Below the pieces are notes generated by a model. The model ran no database searches. It saw only the letters and a program-made list of their open reading frames with translations, and had not been told where the DNA came from. From NCBI GenBank assembly GCA_036273975.1, contig DASUGO010000103.1:1-63235 (forward strand): a stretch of DNA of 63,235 bases. The letters are read 5' to 3'. Shown in pieces: positions 58,849 through 63,235 of the stretch. How positions within the stretch are numbered: the first letter of the stretch is position 1; each line of letters begins with the position of its first letter. A program made the translations under genes and the position numbers. This stretch comes from Candidatus Krumholzibacteriia bacterium. Lineage in GTDB: Bacteria > Krumholzibacteriota > Krumholzibacteriia > WVZY01 > JAKEHA01.

Positions 58849-59511
58849 GTGAATGCAATGACTGCTCTTCGCATCCCGACCGCCCTGCTCATCGCCGCCG
58901 CGGCACTCGCCGTTGCGGCGCCCGCGCACGCGGTTCGCGTCAACCAGCGCCCCCTGCTGCTCAATCGAACGGCTGTGTCGGGCTACCTGGGCGCAGGGCT
59001 GCCCGTCGGCGAGTTCTCCGACTCGCGCGACGGGTACGGCAACCACGCGGACTGGCCGCTGGACTGGGCGGCGGAGATCGAATACTTCGCGGGAAGGACG
59101 TGGTCGATCGGCTTCGGCTATGCCAGCACGACCTACCAGGACAAGACCGATCCGTCGCTGGAAACCTCGCTGAGCACGTACACGGGATTCGTGCGCGTCG
59201 TCGTCCCCACCGCATCGGCGGTGCGCCCGTATCTGCGCGCGGGGCTCGGTGGCGTCGACCCGGAGTTTCTGGATCCGAACGCGCGCTACCAGGTCGACAG
59301 CGCGTTCTCATTCCAGGTGGGCGGCGGTCTGATCTGGCTGCCGCAGCGCTGGATAGGACTCAATGCCCAGGTGCTCTACAACGACGGCTCGACCTATGAC
59401 TCGAACGTGTATGGATTCGTCGACAGCGACGGATACGCGGTGCCAACGATCGTCGGCTTCGATGTGCAGTACTGGAGTTTCAGCGGCGGCGTGAGCCTGT
59501 TCTTCCCCTGA
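58849..59511 (+). CDS. small outer-membrane beta-barrel protein (OmpA-barrel/OmpW-like size)
   Basis: 220 aa. Signal peptide LLIAAAALAVAAPAHA, alternating aromatic strands, and the terminal sequence ...FSGGVSLFFP. Confidence 0.6.
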   Translation: MNAMTALRIPTALLIAAAALAVAAPAHAVRVNQRPLLLNRTAVSGYLGAGLPVGEFSDSRDGYGNHADWPLDWAAEIEYFAGRTWSIGFGYASTTYQDKTDPSLETSLSTYTGFVRVVVPTASAVRPYLRAGLGGVDPEFLDPNARYQVDSAFSFQVGGGLIWLPQRWIGLNAQVLYNDGSTYDSNVYGFVDSDGYAVPTIVGFDVQYWSFSGGVSLFFP

Positions 59512-59524
59512 TGCGGCGCGCGCT

Positions 59525-60361
59525 TCAAACGCCGAGCGCAATCGCGACAATACCGGCGAACATCGCCAGTTTGAGGCCACGGCTGACGCGCCCGAACACC
59601 GGGCGCTCCGGCCGCCGCACCACCGCGAGCGCGCCGGTCATCAGCACCGGTGTCACCAGACACACCATCACCGCGAGGTAACGGCCGCCGAACAGACCCG
59701 CCACCGACGGCAGCGGAATCAACGCGGCAACGGCGAGCATCGCGCACGCGGATATGCAGGCGGTGCGTTCGCGCCCTGCGATCGCCGCGAGCGTGCGCAC
59801 GCCCGCGGCGCTGTCCCCCTCCAGGTCCTCGCCCCCCTTGATCAATTCGCGGCACATGACGAACGCAAACGCGACCGCCATCGGTACCGCGGACGTCTCC
59901 GGACGGCCGGCGGCGAGTCCGCCGGCGAGGAATGCGCTCGCCGCCACCACCGCGACGGTGACGTTTCCCGCCACCCAGGTCCGTTTGAGGAACGCGGCGT
60001 AGAGAAACAGCAGAACCTCCCACGCGAGCACCACGACGAGCACGGCGCCGGACACGCCAACGAGTGCGACCGCGGTCGTGATCACGGCGAGTGCCGCGTA
60101 CCACGCGAGCGCCGCACGCGGTGACAAACGCCCCGACGGCAGCGGGCGCCGCGGCTTGTTCACCCGGTCGATCGCAAAATCGAAGTAGTCGTTGATGACA
60201 TTGCCGGCTCCGGTCGCCAGCGCGGCCAGCAGCGCCGCCGGGACGAGCGGCTGCAACGCACCGCCACCGGCCACATGAAAGCCCGCCGCAACGCCGAGCG
60301 CGGCTGCGAGCATGTTGTGCGGCCGGATGATTTCAAGACAGGCCAGAAGGCGGACGCGCAT
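59525..60361 (-). CDS. UbiA-superfamily prenyltransferase resembling digeranylgeranylglyceryl-phosphate synthase
   Basis: 278 aa with about 8 TM segments. N-terminus LEIIRPHNMLAAALGVAAG. First Asp-rich motif NVINDYFDFAIDRVNKPRRPLPSGRLS. Confidence 0.7.
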   Translation of the reverse strand: MRVRLLACLEIIRPHNMLAAALGVAAGFHVAGGGALQPLVPAALLAALATGAGNVINDYFDFAIDRVNKPRRPLPSGRLSPRAALAWYAALAVITTAVALVGVSGAVLVVVLAWEVLLFLYAAFLKRTWVAGNVTVAVVAASAFLAGGLAAGRPETSAVPMAVAFAFVMCRELIKGGEDLEGDSAAGVRTLAAIAGRERTACISACAMLAVAALIPLPSVAGLFGGRYLAVMVCLVTPVLMTGALAVVRRPERPVFGRVSRGLKLAMFAGIVAIALGV

Positions 60362-60370
60362 GCGGCGAGA

Positions 60371-61921
60371 CTACGGCATGTCCCAGCGAATCTCCACCCG
60401 GAACGCGTCGCTGGAATCGTCGGCGCCGTCAACCCCGCCGGCGTTGCTGGCGGTCTGGTGCGAGTACTCCGCCCCCACCCAGCGGTCGTTGTCGAACTCC
60501 CAGCGCGCGCCCACCGCGAACCCGGTCGTCTTCCGCACCAGCCCGCTGGGAAACGGTGGCGTCGGATCGTCGCTGCCGAGCGTGAACACGCGGATCGGAT
60601 TGCCCTCGCCGAGGCGCGTCCCGAACGCGGCCAGGTTCACGCGCAGTTGCGCGCGCGGGAATACGTCGGCGTCGAGACGCCACGCATCGGCGTCGCCGCC
60701 CGGCTCGCCGCCCAGCAACGTGTCTCCCGCGTCGATCTCGGCGCCGCCGCTGACGTACACCGACAGCGAGTCGGTGTGCGAGTACGTGTACGTGCCGATG
60801 CGGCGATAGCGGCCGCGCAGCGCGAGACCCAGCGGCCGCGCGGGCACGAAGCGGAACCCGCCCTCGAGGGCCAGCTTGTCGGGATAGCCCTCGTCACGCT
60901 CGAACTGAAAGTCGTCGATCAGCATGCTGCCGTAGAGGGTGATGCCATCCAGCGGCGTCGTCTTGGCATCGACCGCCCACAGTATATTGTCCGAATTCGT
61001 GCGCTCGTTGAACTGGTTCGCGTAGAACCAGGCCACCGGGAGCGCGTAGAGCATGTCGGGGCCACGGCCGCCGTAGGTCACCGTCTCGCTGAGACCGACC
61101 ACCGTGCGGCCAAACGTCGCCTCGAGGCGGTGGCCCACCAGATAGCGTTCCGGGTCCGTGAACAGTTGACCGTAAAAGAAGTCGAAGCGGAACATCTTGA
61201 AGAACACACGCGCGCCGATCTGATCGATCGAGTAGCGTTCGCCCGGGACGATCAACCCGCCGTCCGCGGACGGTCCCCAGTCGACGTAGTCACGGCCCAC
61301 CAGCAGGTGGATGTGATCCCACGCCGTCAGCACGTACGAGCGATCGAAGAGCGCCGTCAGTCCCTTGAAGCTCTTCTCGCGGCGCGACGGTTTCTGATTG
61401 CGCGCGCGGTCTCCGTGCTCGGGTCCGTACAGCAGCTGGTAGCGAACCTCGTAAGTCACGCGCTCGCCCACGTGCAGACGGAACTCGGGGTCGATGCCGA
61501 CGTACGCCTCGGCCTCGCTGGAGAACGGCGCCTGCTGGAGGTACGGGTAAACGGTAACGTCCGCTTCCGCGGCGAGCGGATCGTCCTCTACGAACCAGCT
61601 GCGGTCGTAGCGCTCGCGCGGGCCGGGCGCGCTGCCGGTTCCGTATTCACGCACGAGGCGATCGAGCTCGTAGCGGTCGCGCGCCGAGAGGTCCGCGCCA
61701 GCCGCGTTGTCCGCGATGGTCGCGACCAGCGCGGCGAACTCGTGGCGTGAAAACGGGCGGTCTTCGGGCAGCGTGCAGTAGCCGAGCGTCTCGAAACGCT
61801 CGACGGCGGGATAGCTCCAGTTGCCGGAGGCGATACGCTCGTTGCCGGCGGCGCGCGGCGCTTGTACCGCGACCGCGACCAGTGCCGCGACCGCGAACGT
61901 CACTCGCATCGCGGTGCGCAT
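60371..61921 (-). CDS. outer-membrane beta-barrel protein, possibly capsule-assembly Wzi-like
   Basis: The track ORF starts at 62053, inside the upstream gene. ATG at 61921 (or 61909) gives the signal peptide MRTAMRVTFAVAALVAVAVQAPRAAG. This is followed by WSYPAVERFETLGYCTLPEDRPFSRHEFAALV and a long barrel region. Confidence 0.5.
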   Translation of the reverse strand: MRTAMRVTFAVAALVAVAVQAPRAAGNERIASGNWSYPAVERFETLGYCTLPEDRPFSRHEFAALVATIADNAAGADLSARDRYELDRLVREYGTGSAPGPRERYDRSWFVEDDPLAAEADVTVYPYLQQAPFSSEAEAYVGIDPEFRLHVGERVTYEVRYQLLYGPEHGDRARNQKPSRREKSFKGLTALFDRSYVLTAWDHIHLLVGRDYVDWGPSADGGLIVPGERYSIDQIGARVFFKMFRFDFFYGQLFTDPERYLVGHRLEATFGRTVVGLSETVTYGGRGPDMLYALPVAWFYANQFNERTNSDNILWAVDAKTTPLDGITLYGSMLIDDFQFERDEGYPDKLALEGGFRFVPARPLGLALRGRYRRIGTYTYSHTDSLSVYVSGGAEIDAGDTLLGGEPGGDADAWRLDADVFPRAQLRVNLAAFGTRLGEGNPIRVFTLGSDDPTPPFPSGLVRKTTGFAVGARWEFDNDRWVGAEYSHQTASNAGGVDGADDSSDAFRVEIRWDMP

Positions 61922-61928
61922 GAAACGG

Positions 61929-63044
61929 CTATGCCACGCGGGAGCGCGTGCCGTGCAGTTTCGCGTCCGCCACGCGATAACTCTCGCGGGCTTCCTCGCG
62001 CATGTCGGCGCGGTCGTAGACCATGCCGAGCGCATAGAACGCGCGGTGATCATCCGGCGACAACTCCGTGACGCGCTTGAGCGGCGGAATCGCGCGGGAG
62101 GGCTGGTTGAGATGGTTGTAGCACATCCCGATGTGATACAGGATCGACGGGTGGTCCGGATTCGTCTTCAATGCGACCTGCAACATCTTCACGGATTTCG
62201 AATACAGTCCCTTGCGGTAGAAGATCATTCCGACAAAGAACTGCGCGTCGGTGTGCCCCGATTCCAGTTTGAGCGCGCGGCGGAAGCAGTCCAGCGCACC
62301 GTCCATGTCGCCCTGTTCGTACAGGGCGATGCCCAGGTTGTAGTTGGCTTCCACGCTGTCCGGCGCGAGGCGCAACGCGTAGCGGAACTCGCGCACCGCC
62401 TCGTCGTGGCTCCCGTGCTCGCCGTACAACGCGCCCAGATTGAAGTGGGCTTCCGCGCTGTGCGGATTGAACTGCAGCGCGCGGCGGAACAGGCGGATTG
62501 CCTGGTCGCCCTCCCCGCGCAGATCCATCAGATAACCGAGGTTGGTGTACGCGCGCGCGTGGCCGCGGTCCAGCGCGATTGCGCGCCGGTAACACTCCTC
62601 CGCCTCACGGCGGCGCTCAGCGCGCGCCAGTGCCACGCCCATCCGGTAGTGGCACTCGGCGTTGTCGGGCTCGAGTTCGATTGCGCGGCGCAGCGTCCGC
62701 AGTCCGTCATCGGTTCGTCCGAGCCGGTCGTACACGCGGCCCAGCGAGTACGCCGCGCACGCGCTCTCCGGTTCTTCGGCCAGCAGCCGTTCGAAATTGG
62801 CGCACGCGGTCTGCAGGTCACCCGCGTCGATCAGGAACTGCCCGATGGCCCGGCGCACTTCGCCCGGAACGGATGCGCCGGAGAGCTTCCGGACCGCCGC
62901 CAGCGCGTCGGCCTGCCGTCCCTCCTCCCAGGCCCGCTGGGCGCACTCGAACGCTTCTCCCGGGCTGACACCGGCCGTCTCGGTACGGCGGCGCAACAGC
63001 GGGAACCGGGGCACGCGGGACTTCTTTTCCTGACGAACCTGCAA
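61929..63044 (-). CDS. TPR-repeat protein
   Basis: 371 aa with about eight tandem 34-aa repeats (AECHYRMGVALARAERRREAEECYRRAIALDRGH...). The TTG start has AGGAGG 5 nt upstream. Confidence 0.8.
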   Translation of the reverse strand: MQVRQEKKSRVPRFPLLRRRTETAGVSPGEAFECAQRAWEEGRQADALAAVRKLSGASVPGEVRRAIGQFLIDAGDLQTACANFERLLAEEPESACAAYSLGRVYDRLGRTDDGLRTLRRAIELEPDNAECHYRMGVALARAERRREAEECYRRAIALDRGHARAYTNLGYLMDLRGEGDQAIRLFRRALQFNPHSAEAHFNLGALYGEHGSHDEAVREFRYALRLAPDSVEANYNLGIALYEQGDMDGALDCFRRALKLESGHTDAQFFVGMIFYRKGLYSKSVKMLQVALKTNPDHPSILYHIGMCYNHLNQPSRAIPPLKRVTELSPDDHRAFYALGMVYDRADMREEARESYRVADAKLHGTRSRVA

Positions 63045-63191
63045 GGGAGCCTCCTGGGACGGAAAATCTGGTTAACTGCTCAAAAAACAACGAGATTCGC
63101 AGTTCGGGGCTCACCGTAGTATAGGCGTAAAAAAACTGTCAAGAATTTTTCCAAAATTTGCAAGTGACGTGCGGAAAACCGGTTCGGACCG

Positions 63192-63200
63192 TTATCCACA
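63192..63200 (+). promoter_or_regulatory. perfect DnaA-box sequence TTATCCACA in an AT-rich intergenic stretch
   Basis: Exact 9-mer consensus. The surrounding 63120-63235 is visibly AT-richer than the rest of the window. Only a single copy is visible before the window ends. Confidence 0.3.
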
Positions 63201-63235
63201 GAAATGATTTTGGGGGCAAAAACAGCGGGTCCCGG

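Noticed and set aside
63117-63141. TTGACA / TATACT hexamers on the minus strand upstream of the TPR gene
   Set aside because: Both hexamers are near-consensus, but they are only 13 nt apart. That spacing is incompatible with a standard sigma-70 promoter. The -10 may be used with another upstream element, but I cannot support a call.

Overview
GC-rich bacterial chromosomal segment. About 50 protein genes are supportable, and 47 of them lie on the minus strand. I found no rRNA, tRNA, CRISPR array or mobile element. The many long plus-strand ORFs in the track are antisense shadows of real minus-strand genes.

Gene content, left to right:
- A type IV pilus block, pilB-pilT-pilC-pilS-pilR, behind a near-consensus sigma-54 promoter, with comEA just upstream.
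- A TonB-dependent receptor translationally coupled to an ECF-S-like membrane protein.
- A TPR protein, then hutH-hutU-hutI.
- A seven-gene envelope operon: PorU-like C25 sortase, PorV/PorQ-like barrel, two paralogous unknown proteins, an NHL propeller, a 1116-aa protein with a beta-barrel-type C-terminus, and a TamA-sized Omp85.
- Housekeeping genes: trm112-like, accA, dnaE, an M23 peptidase, ppiD-like, tatA, HIT, panBC, folBK, groESL with a CIRCE operator, coaX-birA-nadC-uvrB-rodZ-valS.
- A PQQ-type sugar dehydrogenase carrying a type IX secretion (T9SS) C-terminal sorting domain (CTD).
- An archaeal-looking UbiA prenyltransferase, and a Wzi-like barrel with a TPR partner.

The most interesting candidate is the extended porU-porV operon (16363-29157). 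It couples the two recognisable T9SS attachment components to five genes with no assigned T9SS role. No porKLMN or SprA-sized gene is visible anywhere in the window.

T9SS-type sorting domains together with this GC content suggest a non-Bacteroidota member of the FCB-type superphylum, but I cannot determine taxonomy from this window.

All calls come from reading translations and motifs by eye. No database search was run, so family names are recognitions, not hits.
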